From Gemmata obscuriglobus (lineage in GTDB: Bacteria > Planctomycetota > Planctomycetia > Gemmatales > Gemmataceae): 32,000 bases of DNA. The notes beneath the pieces were generated by a model. The model saw only the letters and a list, made by a program, of their open reading frames with translations. It did no database searches and was not told the origin of the DNA. The stretch lies in contig NZ_CP042911.1 in NCBI RefSeq assembly GCF_008065095.1, positions 6,150,001-6,182,000 on the forward strand, read 5' to 3'. Shown piece by piece: positions 8,635 through 17,976 of the stretch. Position numbers and translations under genes: made by a program. Each line of letters begins with the position of its first letter. Positions within the stretch are counted from its first letter, which is position 1.

Positions 8635-11009
8635 ACCGGATGGACGCCTACTGGCGCGCCGCGAACTACCTGTCGGTCGGCCAGATCTATCTGCTCGACA
8701 ACCCGCTGCTCCGGGAGCCGCTCCGCAAGGAGCACGTCAAGCCGCGCCTCCTGGGGCACTGGGGCACCACCCCGGGGCTGAACTTCATTTACGTCCACCT
8801 GAACCGGGCCATCCGGCAGCACGACCTGAACGTGCTGTACGTGTGCGGGCCGGGGCACGGCGGCCCGGGGATCGTGGCGAACGTGTACCTCGAGGGCACG
8901 TACACCGAGGTGTACCCGCACATCGGGCCGGACGCCGCGGGCCTGAAGAAGCTGTTCAAGCAGTTCAGCTTCCCGGGCGGCATCCCGAGCCACGTCGCCC
9001 CGGAAACGCCGGGCAGCATCCACGAGGGCGGCGAACTCGGCTACGCCCTGTCGCACGCCTACGGCGCGGTGTTCGACAACCCGGACCTGATCGCCGCGTG
9101 CGTGGTGGGCGACGGCGAGGCCGAAACCGGCCCGCTCGCGACCGGGTGGCACTCGAACAAGTTCCTGAACCCGGTGCGCGACGGCGCGGTGCTGCCGATC
9201 CTGCACCTGAACGGGTACAAGATCGCCAACCCGTGCTTCATGGCCCGCATGCCCGAGGACGAACTCCGCAAGCTGTTCGAGGGGTACGGGTACGCGCCCC
9301 ATTTTGTGTCCGGCGAGGACCCGCTCCCCACCCACCGGCAGATGGCCGCGGCGGTTGACGCGTGCGTGGCCGAGATCAAACGGATTCAGGCCGACGCGCG
9401 GGCGAACGGGTTCCGCACGCGGCCGCAGTGGCCGATGATCGTTCTGCGCACCCCGAAGGGGTGGACGTGCCCCAAGGAGATCGACGGGAAGCGGTGCGAG
9501 GGGTCGTGGCGGAGCCACCAGGTGCCGATGAGCGAGGCCGGCACCGAGAGCCACCTCCGCGTGCTCGAAGGGTGGATGAAATCGTACCGCCCCGAGGAGC
9601 TGTTCGACGCCGCCGGGACGTTCAAGCCCGAACTGGCCGAGCTGGCCCCGCGGGGCACGAAGCGGATGGGCGCCAACCCGCACGCCAACGGCGGCCGGCT
9701 CCTGGTCGACCTCAAGCTCCCCGACTTCCGCGACTACGCGGTGAAGGTGGCGCACCCCGGCGCCGAAACCGCCGAATCGACCCGCGTGCAGGGCAAGTAC
9801 CTGCGCGACGTGATGAAGCTCAACCTGGAGGCGCAGAACTTCCGGCTCTTCTCGCCCGACGAACTCGCGTCCAACCGCTGGCAGGACGTGCTCGAAGTCA
9901 CCGACCGGTGCTACACGGCGGAGATCGTCCCGGGCGACGACCACCTCTCGCCGGACGGGCGCGTGCTGGAGGTGCTGAGCGAGCACCAGTGCCAGGGCTG
10001 GCTGGAGGGCTACCTGCTCACCGGGCGGCACGGGTTCTTTAGCTGCTACGAGGCGTTCATCCACATCGTGGACTCGATGTTCAACCAGCACGCCAAGTGG
10101 CTGAAGGTGTGCAACCACATCGAGTGGCGGAGGCCGGTCGCGAGCCTCAACTACCTCCTCAGCTCGCACGTGTGGCGCCAGGACCACAACGGGTTCAGCC
10201 ACCAGGACCCCGGGTTCATCGACCACGTGATGAACAAGAAGGCCGAGGTGATTCGCGTCTACCTGCCGCCCGACGCGAACTGCCTGCTGAGCGTCACCGA
10301 CCACTGTTTGCGGAGCCGCGACTACGTAAACGTGGTGATCGCCGGGAAGCAGCCCGGGCCGCAGTGGCTCGACATGACCTCCGCCGTGCAGCACTGCGCC
10401 GAGGGGCTGGGGGTCTGGGAGTGGGCGTCGAGCGCGGGGGCCGCCGAGCCGGACGTGGTCCTCGCGTGCTGCGGCGACGTGCCGACGCTCGAGGTGGTCG
10501 CGGCCGCGGACCTGCTGCGCCGGCACCTGCCGGACCTCAAGGTGCGCGTGGTGAACGTGGTGGACCTGATGAAGCTCCAGCCCCCGAAGGAGCACCCGCA
10601 CGGGCTCAGCGACGCCGCGTTCGACCGCCTGTTCACGAAAGACAAGCCGGTCATCTTCAACTTCCACGGCTACCCGTGGCTGATCCACCGGCTGACGTAC
10701 CGCCGGACGAACCACAACAACATCCACGTCCGCGGGTACAAGGAAGAGGGCACGACCACCACGCCGTTCGACATGTGCGTGCTCAACGAGATCGACCGGT
10801 TCAAGCTGGTGATCGACGTGATCGAGCGCACCCCCGGTCTCGCGGCGCGTGCGGGGCACGTGAAGGAGCTGATGGACGCCAAACACAAGGCGCACCGCGC
10901 GTACGTCACCGAGCACGGGATCGACATGCCCGAGGTGAGCGGTTGGGAGTGGGGTCAGCGCGGGAAGGTGCCCCGCGGTTCGAGCGATACCGCCGCGGAC
11001 AACGCCTGA
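8604..11009 (+). CDS. xfp: Xylulose-5-phosphate/fructose-6-phosphate phosphoketolase
   Basis: The 801-aa product from ATG 8604 carries [111 protein letters not shown] and [19 protein letters not shown]. This is near full-length collinearity with the Bifidobacterium Xfp pattern. The remainder of track ORF 7806..11009 upstream is a frame artefact inside ackA. Confidence 0.97.
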   Translation: MAEPIPDALLNRMDAYWRAANYLSVGQIYLLDNPLLREPLRKEHVKPRLLGHWGTTPGLNFIYVHLNRAIRQHDLNVLYVCGPGHGGPGIVANVYLEGTYTEVYPHIGPDAAGLKKLFKQFSFPGGIPSHVAPETPGSIHEGGELGYALSHAYGAVFDNPDLIAACVVGDGEAETGPLATGWHSNKFLNPVRDGAVLPILHLNGYKIANPCFMARMPEDELRKLFEGYGYAPHFVSGEDPLPTHRQMAAAVDACVAEIKRIQADARANGFRTRPQWPMIVLRTPKGWTCPKEIDGKRCEGSWRSHQVPMSEAGTESHLRVLEGWMKSYRPEELFDAAGTFKPELAELAPRGTKRMGANPHANGGRLLVDLKLPDFRDYAVKVAHPGAETAESTRVQGKYLRDVMKLNLEAQNFRLFSPDELASNRWQDVLEVTDRCYTAEIVPGDDHLSPDGRVLEVLSEHQCQGWLEGYLLTGRHGFFSCYEAFIHIVDSMFNQHAKWLKVCNHIEWRRPVASLNYLLSSHVWRQDHNGFSHQDPGFIDHVMNKKAEVIRVYLPPDANCLLSVTDHCLRSRDYVNVVIAGKQPGPQWLDMTSAVQHCAEGLGVWEWASSAGAAEPDVVLACCGDVPTLEVVAAADLLRRHLPDLKVRVVNVVDLMKLQPPKEHPHGLSDAAFDRLFTKDKPVIFNFHGYPWLIHRLTYRRTNHNNIHVRGYKEEGTTTTPFDMCVLNEIDRFKLVIDVIERTPGLAARAGHVKELMDAKHKAHRAYVTEHGIDMPEVSGWEWGQRGKVPRGSSDTAADNA

Positions 11010-11059
11010 GCCGCGGGTGCGGCCGGCATCGCGAGATGCCGGCCGCTACCCGTTGTCGG

Positions 11060-12010
11060 CTAATTTCCGGCGTAAAATGCCGCGAGGGCGAGCGTGCCGA
11101 GGCCGTAGAAGGTGTACTCCACGTCGGTGTGCTCGTCCCACAGTCCGCCGCGGAACCCGCCGATCGGCCGCTCGCACTCCTCCGCGTACCGCTGCACGGC
11201 CTCCCAGTCCAGCTTGTCCGCGTGCCCCAGTTGGTCCAGCGTCCACCCGCCGGTGAAGGTCGAGAGCAGGTCCGCCGCCGGGATGCGGTCGTTCGCCCGC
11301 AACCCGCCCTCGAACGGCGACGGCAGCGCAGACAGGAAGGTCGCGGTCTCGGCCTTCGCGCTGTCGTCCAGTTCGCCCAAGATCTGAAGCACCCCGACGC
11401 CCGCGGCGGTCGGGTTGGTGCCGCTCCGCTTCATCGCGGAGATTTCCACATACCCGCCGTCGGACCGGCGCCGCGACTGTACGAACGCCGCCAGCCTCTC
11501 CGGCTCGGGGCACGGGCGCCCGAGCAGTTGCAGGCACAGCGTCACCAGGAAGCTCGTGTAGGTGCTCCCGTACAGCGCCGCCGGCGTCTTCCCGTACCCG
11601 CCGTCCGGGCTGCGGAACGTTTCCAGCGTCGCGGCCACGCGGTCGCGCCAGTCGGGCGGGGCGTCGGCCAGCACGTCCGGCCCGCCGCCGAGCGGCACCA
11701 GGTAGCAGCTCACCACGAGCGAGAAGAAATCGACCACCCCCGCGGTGCCGGTCATCTTGGTGCGCAGGAAGTTGGCGGTGCTGCCGCACACCTGCGGGTT
11801 GAGGGCCTGAAGAACCGCCAGCGAGCGCAGCGCGAAACCGGTGTAGTACAGGTCGGACCCGCCCTCGCGCCCGGAAAACCCGCCGTCCGGGTTTTGCGCG
11901 TCGAGCAGGTATTGAACGTTCCGCGCGCGCTGCTCCTCGGGCAACCGCTCGATGCCATCGAGCAGTCGCGTCGTGAGTCGGGTGAGGTACGGTTCGGGTT
12001 CGTCGGGCAT
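11060..12010 (-). CDS. Prenyltransferase/squalene-oxidase repeat protein (alpha/alpha-toroid, geranylgeranyltransferase beta-subunit-like)
   Basis: The 316-aa product from ATG 12010 (MPDEPEPYL...) has five spaced repeats of the terpenoid cyclase/prenyltransferase type: QNPDGGFSGREGG, RSPDGGYGKTP, RRSDGGYVEIS, PFEGGLRAN and RPIGGFRGGL. The upstream part of track ORF 11060..12364 overlaps the thioesterase gene and is rejected. Confidence 0.75.
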   Translation of the reverse strand: MPDEPEPYLTRLTTRLLDGIERLPEEQRARNVQYLLDAQNPDGGFSGREGGSDLYYTGFALRSLAVLQALNPQVCGSTANFLRTKMTGTAGVVDFFSLVVSCYLVPLGGGPDVLADAPPDWRDRVAATLETFRSPDGGYGKTPAALYGSTYTSFLVTLCLQLLGRPCPEPERLAAFVQSRRRSDGGYVEISAMKRSGTNPTAAGVGVLQILGELDDSAKAETATFLSALPSPFEGGLRANDRIPAADLLSTFTGGWTLDQLGHADKLDWEAVQRYAEECERPIGGFRGGLWDEHTDVEYTFYGLGTLALAAFYAGN

Positions 12011-12018
12011 TAGTGGCG

Positions 12019-12099
12019 TCTCAAGTCGTGGGGTCACAAGTCGTAAAGTCGCCGGCCCTGTTCGATGGACGTTACAACTTGCGGCCTCACGACTTGAGA
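12019..12099. repeat. 15-bp inverted repeat (one G-T pair) in the thioesterase/prenyltransferase-like intercistronic gap
   Basis: 12019-12033 TCTCAAGTCGTGGGG pairs with 12085-12099 CCTCACGACTTGAGA. The AAGTCG(T) core occurs three times in direct orientation at 12023-12051 (AAGTCGT twice, then AAGTCGC). The segment is lower in GC than its flanks. Confidence 0.8.
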
Positions 12100-12111
12100 T
12101 CTGGTTCCGCG

Positions 12112-12522
12112 TTACGCTTCCATTTTCGCCCGCACGTCCGGCGGGATCTCCAGCGACTCGATCTGGTCGGGGCCGGCCGCGCGGCAGAACACCGCGGTCA
12201 TCCGCCCCACGGCGATCGGCTCGCCGCGCTGGTTCGTGAAGTCGAACCGGTACGCCACGGACTTCTTGCCGAGTTTCTCCAGCGCCACCGCGATCGTGAG
12301 CACGTCGGCGAACTTCGCGGGTTTGGCGTAGTCGCAGCTCGCGGACACCCGCGGGAACCCCCACTTCACGCCGCCCTCCAGCCAGCTCACCGAGAGCCCC
12401 CGGGCGTTGAGGAAGTCGGTTTCGGCAACCTCCATGAAGCGGAAGAAGTTCGAGAAGTGCATGATGCCGGCCATGTCGGTGTCACCGAACTCGACCCGGC
12501 GCGTGGTGGTGAATGTGGTCAT
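12112..12522 (-). CDS. Acyl-CoA thioesterase, hotdog fold (4HBT/YbgC family)
   Basis: The 136-aa product from ATG 12522 is [38 protein letters not shown]... This matches the 4HBT motif (V.Y.DTD..G.V.H..Y) with the catalytic Asp in DTD. Its start overlaps the stop of the upstream GT gene by 4 nt (ATGA). Confidence 0.85.
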   Translation of the reverse strand: MTTFTTTRRVEFGDTDMAGIMHFSNFFRFMEVAETDFLNARGLSVSWLEGGVKWGFPRVSASCDYAKPAKFADVLTIAVALEKLGKKSVAYRFDFTNQRGEPIAVGRMTAVFCRAAGPDQIESLEIPPDVRAKMEA

Positions 12523-13826
12523 GCCGTGATCGGAGCAGAGGTGCGGACGAACTGGTTCAGGAGCGTGACGGTGTGGGCGGCCATCGCCTCGGCGGTGAAC
12601 CGCTCGCGGAGCGCGGCGAGCCCGGCGGCCCCGCAGCGGGCGCGGAACTCGTGGTCGCTCAGCACCCGCGACAGGCCGTCGGCGAGCGCGCCCACGGAGC
12701 CGGGGTCGACGAGCAGCCCGCCGCCGGTCGCCTCGATCAGTTCGGGGAACGTCCCGTGCGCGGGCAGCACCACCGGCACCCCGTTCGCCCACGCCTCGAG
12801 GACGTACAGCCCCTTCGGCTCGCGGTACACGGTGGGCACGCACAGCACATCAATGGAACGCATGAAGCGGACCTTGTCGTCGTGCCCCGGGCTCTCGACG
12901 TGCTCGAAGTCGCCCCGCAGCCCCGCGGCGTCGAGGCGCTTGAGCTGATCGTCGAAGTAGGCCCGGTTGTTCGCACCGAGCCAGCCGCTCGCTTTCAGCT
13001 TCACCTCCGGCGCGCCGGGGCGCTGGCGCAGCGTGATGAACGCTTCCACGGCGCGGTGGAACCCTTTCTCGGGGCAGATCCGCGCGAAGTAGCCGATCGT
13101 GAGCGGGCGGGCGCCGCGCGGGTCCGGGGCGCCGCCGTGCCCCGCGAGGTTGATCCCGGGGTGCGCCACGTGCATGCGCTCCCGCGGCAGCCCGATGTAC
13201 GCCGCCATGTGGTCGGCGTAGTAGTGGCTCGTGCTGATGTAGCCGTCCACCGACCGGCCGTTCTCGCGGATCAGCTCGAAGCACCGCTTGCGGTCGCGTT
13301 CGGGCAGTTCGTCGAGGAAGATGTCGTCCCCCTGGAGGGTGACCAGTACCGGCACCCCCAGTTGGCGCTTCACCTCGGGGATGACGCCCGACAGCAGCGC
13401 GTTGGTGAACAGCACCACGTCGGGCTTCTCGTCGCGGAGGAACTCGACGAGCTTGGCGACCTCCTTGGCCTGGTGCCCGTGCGCGCCCTGCAACATGGAA
13501 ATGGTAATGTCGCCGAGTTCACTGTACTTCGTGCGCACCGCGAACCGGGAGACGAACTTGAGCAGCCAGCGGAAGTTGAACAGCCGGTCGAGGACCCGCG
13601 GGGTGTGGCGGAACAGCCAGAACTTCTGTTCCAGGTAGACGTTCACGCCGCCGAAGAACACCTTCTGCTGCGAGGCGTCGGCCTCGTCAACTTTGATGGG
13701 GGTGTAGGTGGGGATCAGCAGCGCGTCGTGCCCGAGCTTGCGCAGGGCGGTGACGAGTGCGTTGTCGCGCATGCAACTGCCGCAGTACATGCCCGCGGCG
13801 CCGGCGGTGATGAACGCGATGCGCAT
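12519..13826 (-). CDS. Glycosyltransferase family 4 (GT-B fold) with N-terminal CxxC motif
   Basis: The 435-aa product from ATG 13826 starts [22 protein letters not shown]. The C-terminal GT1/GT4 donor-binding region is [42 protein letters not shown] (E-X7-E-like). The 381-nt upstream extension in track ORF 12519..14207 has no support. Confidence 0.85.
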   Translation of the reverse strand: MRIAFITAGAAGMYCGSCMRDNALVTALRKLGHDALLIPTYTPIKVDEADASQQKVFFGGVNVYLEQKFWLFRHTPRVLDRLFNFRWLLKFVSRFAVRTKYSELGDITISMLQGAHGHQAKEVAKLVEFLRDEKPDVVLFTNALLSGVIPEVKRQLGVPVLVTLQGDDIFLDELPERDRKRCFELIRENGRSVDGYISTSHYYADHMAAYIGLPRERMHVAHPGINLAGHGGAPDPRGARPLTIGYFARICPEKGFHRAVEAFITLRQRPGAPEVKLKASGWLGANNRAYFDDQLKRLDAAGLRGDFEHVESPGHDDKVRFMRSIDVLCVPTVYREPKGLYVLEAWANGVPVVLPAHGTFPELIEATGGGLLVDPGSVGALADGLSRVLSDHEFRARCGAAGLAALRERFTAEAMAAHTVTLLNQFVRTSAPITA

Positions 13827-14024
13827 GGTGAATCGCCCGCCCTGGTTCCGACCCGGTTGTCTTACACCACATACCGGCCCGCGGCGAACGGCTTTCGACT
13901 TGTAACTCGGGCCTTGAAGCGCGCGCGCGGACGTGTTAGTGTGCTGACGCCGGGGCGTGCCATTCAAACTTGTACGCAAGCCCCGGTGATACTCTCCCAT
14001 CCCATTTGTTCGTTCGAGCCTGTT

Positions 14025-15026
14025 ATGACTTCTCTCTCCCGCTCGCGGCGTGGCTTCACGCTCATTGAGCTGCTCGTCGTCATTGCGATCATCGCGATCC
14101 TGATCGGCCTGCTGCTGCCGGCCGTTCAGAAGGTCCGCGAGGCCGCCGCCCGGATGAAGTGCCAGAACAACCTCAAGCAGATCGGCCTGGCCTGCCACGG
14201 CTACCACGACGTCCAGAGTGCGTTACCGCACGGCTCGATCCTCGACCTCACCCAGGCGTCGCCCACCATCACCCACCGGCAGCACTCGAACTGGGCGATC
14301 GCGATCCTCCCGTACGTGGAACAGGGGGCACTCGGCCAACTGATCGCCGCCGTTCAGCGGGACAACGGGGCGGGCATGCCCCGGGACGATTACAACGACG
14401 CGAACGCCGCCCAGGCGTTCGTTCAGCAGTACCTGCCGCTGTACGTGTGCCCGAGCGACCCGAACGCAAATAAGGTGCTGGAGCCGGAGTCCAAGGCGGG
14501 CAACGACCCGGCCGGGCGGAAGTTCATGACCGGGTCGTACCGCGGCGTGGCCGGGGTCGGTGACCCGGCCGCGAACTACTACTGGGATTGCCCGAACCCG
14601 GGCCTGCCGGCCTCCAACCTGAAGGGGCCGCTCCACGTCCAGAGTCGTGCCCTCGGCCTCAAGGGGGAAACGATCACCGGGATCACCGACGGCACGTCGA
14701 ACACGCTCATGGTGGGCGAGTACACCACCCGCACCCGCGAGCGCCGGGCCACGTTCTGGGCGCGGGCGTACACGTCGTACAGCATGGGGTCGGCGGTGCC
14801 CGGCCAGCCGCGGTGCCTGATCGACGATTACGAACGGTGCCTCGCGATCGGCGGCACCGGCGGCGAGAACCCGTGCAAGCGGGCGTTCGGCAGCCCGCAC
14901 ACCGGGGTCATCAACTTCCTCCAGTGCGACGGCTCGGTTCGCGGCGTGAACACGTCGGTCGACACGAACACCGTGTTCCCCGGCCTGTGCACGATCGCGG
15001 GCGGCGAAATCGTTCAGCTCAACTGA
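14025..15026 (+). CDS. DUF1559 protein with prepilin-type N-terminal cleavage/methylation domain (H-X9-DG family)
   Basis: From ATG 14025 the product reads [62 protein letters not shown]. The C-terminal [16 protein letters not shown] fits H-X9-DG exactly. The remainder of track ORF 12513..15026 is antisense to the GT gene. Confidence 0.9.
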   Translation: MTSLSRSRRGFTLIELLVVIAIIAILIGLLLPAVQKVREAAARMKCQNNLKQIGLACHGYHDVQSALPHGSILDLTQASPTITHRQHSNWAIAILPYVEQGALGQLIAAVQRDNGAGMPRDDYNDANAAQAFVQQYLPLYVCPSDPNANKVLEPESKAGNDPAGRKFMTGSYRGVAGVGDPAANYYWDCPNPGLPASNLKGPLHVQSRALGLKGETITGITDGTSNTLMVGEYTTRTRERRATFWARAYTSYSMGSAVPGQPRCLIDDYERCLAIGGTGGENPCKRAFGSPHTGVINFLQCDGSVRGVNTSVDTNTVFPGLCTIAGGEIVQLN

Positions 15027-15058
15027 CGCAACCACCACACTCGCCAGAGGAGGCAACG

Positions 15059-15466
15059 ATGCGTCAGTTGGTGTTCGGCCTGTGCGCGGCCGCGGTGCTC
15101 GGCGCCGTCGGGTGCGGGGGCGGCGGCCCGGTGTCGGTGTCCGGGGTGGTCACACTCGACGGCCAGCCCGTGGAAGGCGCGAGCGTGTCCTTCACCCCCG
15201 ACGCCGGTGACGGCGGCGGGGTGGGCGGCTCCTACGGCAAAACCGACGCCCAGGGCAAGTACGCGCTCAAGACGGTTATCGGGGATCGCGGCGGTGCGGC
15301 GCCGGGGAAGCACAAGGTGACCATCAGTCTGTCGAAGCCTGACCCGAAGAACCCAGAGGGGGCCGAGAAGAACCTGATCCCGGCCAAGTACAACACCAAG
15401 AGCGATTTGACCTTCGACGTGCCCACGAGCGGCACCGATAAGGCGGACTTCGTGCTGACGAAGTAA
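15059..15466 (+). CDS. Small lipoprotein with carboxypeptidase-regulatory-like (Ig-like) domain, typical DUF1559 partner
   Basis: From ATG 15059, preceded by AGAGGAGG, the product is MRQLVFGLCAAAVLGAVGCGGGG with lipobox LGAVGC. It continues VSGVVTLDGQPVEGASVSFTP...DAQGKYAL...KHKVTI. Start is 32 nt after the DUF1559 stop. Confidence 0.7.
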   Translation: MRQLVFGLCAAAVLGAVGCGGGGPVSVSGVVTLDGQPVEGASVSFTPDAGDGGGVGGSYGKTDAQGKYALKTVIGDRGGAAPGKHKVTISLSKPDPKNPEGAEKNLIPAKYNTKSDLTFDVPTSGTDKADFVLTK

Positions 15467-15486
15467 CGCACACGGCCGGAGACGTG

Positions 15487-15544
15487 CGAACGAGGCGGCG
15501 TGAGTGCCGGGCAACGATGCCCGGCACTCACGCCGCCTCGTTCG
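15487..15544 (+). terminator. 27-bp perfect GC-rich hairpin with 4-nt loop (putative factor-independent terminator or REP-like element, no T-tract)
   Basis: 15487-15513 CGAACGAGGCGGCGTGAGTGCCGGGCA pairs base-for-base with 15518-15544. The loop is ACGA at 15514-15517. The hairpin starts 21 nt after the lipoprotein stop. Confidence 0.6.
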
Positions 15545-15710
15545 TCGCCTGATACGCGATTCGGCCGGCGGTCGATGCAGTTCACGCCCGCGGTGCCTCC
15601 AGATCGTTGATCGTCGTCAGTACATCGCGGGCCAGGATTTTCACTCGCACCGTTGCCGCGGGCTCCGGCGTCGGGGACAATGCCGCACACTTCCCCACGG
15701 GAGACGCAAC

Positions 15711-16571
15711 ATGAAGCTCGGGATGAACCTGCTCCTCTGGACCGGCGAGGTCACCAGCGAGCATTTTCCCCTCTTAGCCAGACTCAAGGCGGCGGGCTTC
15801 GATGGAGTCGAGTTGCCGGTGTTTGGCGGCGCCCCTGCGGAGTACAAGCCGATCCGCGCCGAACTCGACCGGCTCGGGCTGAAATGCACCACCGTCACCG
15901 TCTTAACGAGGGAAACCAACGCGATCAGCCCCGCCCCCGCGACCCGGCAGAGGGCCGTCGAGTGGCTGAAAACGGTGGTCGAGATCAACCACGTTTTGGG
16001 CGCCGAAACCGTGTGCGGGCCGTTCCACTCCGCACTCGGCGAGTTCTCGGGCGCCGGCCCCACCGCCGACGAGAAGAAGCGGTCCGCGGACGTGCTCCGT
16101 GAGGTCGCGGAGTTCGCCAAGTCGGCGAACCTCACGATGGCGGTCGAGTACCTGAACCGGTTCGAGTGCTACCTCATCACCACCGCGGCGCAGGCGGTCG
16201 AGTTGGTGAAGGCCGTCGACCACCCGAACCTGCGGACGATGTACGACAGCTTCCACGCGCACATTGAGGAGAAGGACCCGGCGGCGGCGATCCGGACCGT
16301 CGCGCCGGTGCTGGCGCACGTCCACATCAGCGAGAACGACCGCGGCACGCCCGGGTCCGGGCAGGTGAACTGGGACGACACGTTCACCACGCTGGGCGAA
16401 GTCGGCTACGACGGCTGGATGACGATCGAGGCGTTCGGCCGGGCGCTGCCGGACCTGGCCGCCGCCACGAAGGTGTGGCGGGATCTGTTCCCGACACCTG
16501 AAGACGTGTACACGAAGGGGATCAAATTCATCCGGGAGCAGTTGGGCGGAAAGAGCACGCGCGTCGGGTGA
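15711..16571 (+). CDS. Sugar phosphate isomerase/epimerase (xylose-isomerase-like TIM barrel; ketose 3-epimerase-like)
   Basis: From ATG 15711 the product reads MKLGMNLLLWTGEV...AAGFDGVELPVF. Spaced metal-ligand-like motifs are MAVEYLNRFE, MYDSFHAHIEE, HVHISENDRG and WMTIEAF, consistent with the AP-endonuclease-2/TIM family. Confidence 0.85.
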   Translation: MKLGMNLLLWTGEVTSEHFPLLARLKAAGFDGVELPVFGGAPAEYKPIRAELDRLGLKCTTVTVLTRETNAISPAPATRQRAVEWLKTVVEINHVLGAETVCGPFHSALGEFSGAGPTADEKKRSADVLREVAEFAKSANLTMAVEYLNRFECYLITTAAQAVELVKAVDHPNLRTMYDSFHAHIEEKDPAAAIRTVAPVLAHVHISENDRGTPGSGQVNWDDTFTTLGEVGYDGWMTIEAFGRALPDLAAATKVWRDLFPTPEDVYTKGIKFIREQLGGKSTRVG

Positions 16572-16730
16572 GTCCGCGTGTGCGGGCCGTAGCGAACCCA
16601 TCGGATGCCCCGCCCCGCGAGCCCGCGTGACGCCTCGCGCGGGCGCCGTTCGTTGCCGGATCACCCCCTTGCCCGCCGATGTAGGATGCGACGCCCGCCC
16701 GCAGCGGTCGGGGCGGCCTGGAGGTGCAAA

Positions 16731-17849
16731 ATGCGACGGGCATTACGATACGCGGCGGTTGCGGCGAGCGGGCTGACTCTAACGGTTGCGACGGCCGCTC
16801 CGCCGGCCCCCACCACCGCCGCCCCGGTGGAGCAGCCCGCGGCCCAGTCGGCGGTGCCGTGGGCCAACAAGTTCTTCCTCCCGAACGCCGCGACCGACCG
16901 CGACCAGGCGGCGCCCGCGGTCATCACCCACAACTTCGGCGAGGTGCCGCACGGCACGCTGTGCGTCCACAAGTTCACGATCACGAACATCTACAACGTG
17001 CCCATGCGGGTCACGGACGTGCGCAAGGGCTGCACGTGCCTGGACTACATCCCGATGACCAAGACGCTCGAGCCCAACGAGACGGCCGAGTTCACGGTCA
17101 CGATGAACACCGGGAAGTTCGTGGGGTCGAACTCCCAGAACTTCTACGTCACGTTCGGGCCGAAGTTCGTGTCTACTGCGGTGCTGCGTGTGTCCGCGAC
17201 CAGCCGCACCGACGTGAGCGTGTCGCCGGGCGCGGTCAGCTTCGGGACGGTGCCGAAGGGGACGCGGTTGAGCCAGTCGGTCCAGGTGAAGTACGCGGGC
17301 CGCGCCCGCGACTGGAAGATCACCGAGGCGGTCGCGGGGAACCACCCGTTCGACGTGCGGGTGACCGAGACTTCGCGGGGCGGCCCGCTCCGCGGCGGGG
17401 CCGAGTTCCAGGTGGACGTGACGCTGAGCGCGAACGCGCCCGCGGGGCCGCTCTCCGAGCAGATCACGCTCAGGACGAACGACACCTCGAACCCCCTGAT
17501 CCAGCTCGCGGTGACGGGAACCGTGATCGCGCCGCTGGAGCTGAACCCCGGGAAGGTGCGGTTCGAGGTGAAGCCCGGCGAGTCCGCAACGCAGCGGGTG
17601 CTGGTGCGGGCCGCTAAACCGTTCAAGGTGGCGGCGGTGGACGGCGCCGGCGACGGGATCACGGTCGAGCTGCCCGCAACGCCCGCGGCGCTGCCGGTGC
17701 AGGTGATTGTGGTGAAATTCGAGCCGAAGAAGCCCGGCACGGTGGCACGCCAGCTCCGCATCAGCACCGACCAGCCGGGCGAATCGTCCGCGCTGCTGTC
17801 GGTCGAAGCCACGGGCACCAGCCCCGAGAAGGAAGAAGGCTCCAAGTAA
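16731..17849 (+). CDS. DUF1573 domain protein (secreted, tandem Ig-like/PapD-like domains)
   Basis: From ATG 16731, preceded by GGAGG, there is a signal peptide MRRALRYAAVAASGLTLTVATAAP. The DUF1573 hallmark follows: HNFGEVPHGTLCVHKFTITNIYNVPMRVTDVRKGCTCL. Two further beta-rich modules follow it. Confidence 0.8.
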   Translation: MRRALRYAAVAASGLTLTVATAAPPAPTTAAPVEQPAAQSAVPWANKFFLPNAATDRDQAAPAVITHNFGEVPHGTLCVHKFTITNIYNVPMRVTDVRKGCTCLDYIPMTKTLEPNETAEFTVTMNTGKFVGSNSQNFYVTFGPKFVSTAVLRVSATSRTDVSVSPGAVSFGTVPKGTRLSQSVQVKYAGRARDWKITEAVAGNHPFDVRVTETSRGGPLRGGAEFQVDVTLSANAPAGPLSEQITLRTNDTSNPLIQLAVTGTVIAPLELNPGKVRFEVKPGESATQRVLVRAAKPFKVAAVDGAGDGITVELPATPAALPVQVIVVKFEPKKPGTVARQLRISTDQPGESSALLSVEATGTSPEKEEGSK

Positions 17850-17880
17850 AGCTGCGGAATATTGTCCAGTGCTTCACGGC

Positions 17881-17922
17881 GGCGGGCAGACGAAGCGGAT
17901 CACACCGGCTCTTCTGCCCGCC
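17881..17922. terminator. 10-bp GC-rich stem-loop between convergent genes (possible bidirectional terminator)
   Basis: 17881-17890 GGCGGGCAGA pairs with 17913-17922 TCTGCCCGCC across a 22-nt loop. It lies between the stops at 17849 (+) and 17977 (-). Confidence 0.35.
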
Positions 17923-17976
17923 CCTCTCGCCATTACGCCCCCTCGCAGCCGCCGCTCGTGCGTTTCTCGGACCGCG

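Noticed and set aside
8307-10916. 869-aa minus-strand ORF opposite the phosphoketolase gene
   Set aside because: It is an antisense shadow ORF. The product is Arg/Val/His-rich and low in complexity with no family motifs, whereas the + strand encodes a near full-length phosphoketolase.
10097-12013. 638-aa plus-strand ORF spanning the end of xfp and the prenyltransferase-like locus
   Set aside because: It is out of frame with xfp and antisense to the toroid-repeat gene. The translation is low-complexity and Arg-rich.
12513-14024. 504-codon extension upstream of the DUF1559 protein
   Set aside because: It is antisense to the GT4 gene. The DUF1559 family begins with the prepilin-type leader at ATG 14025.
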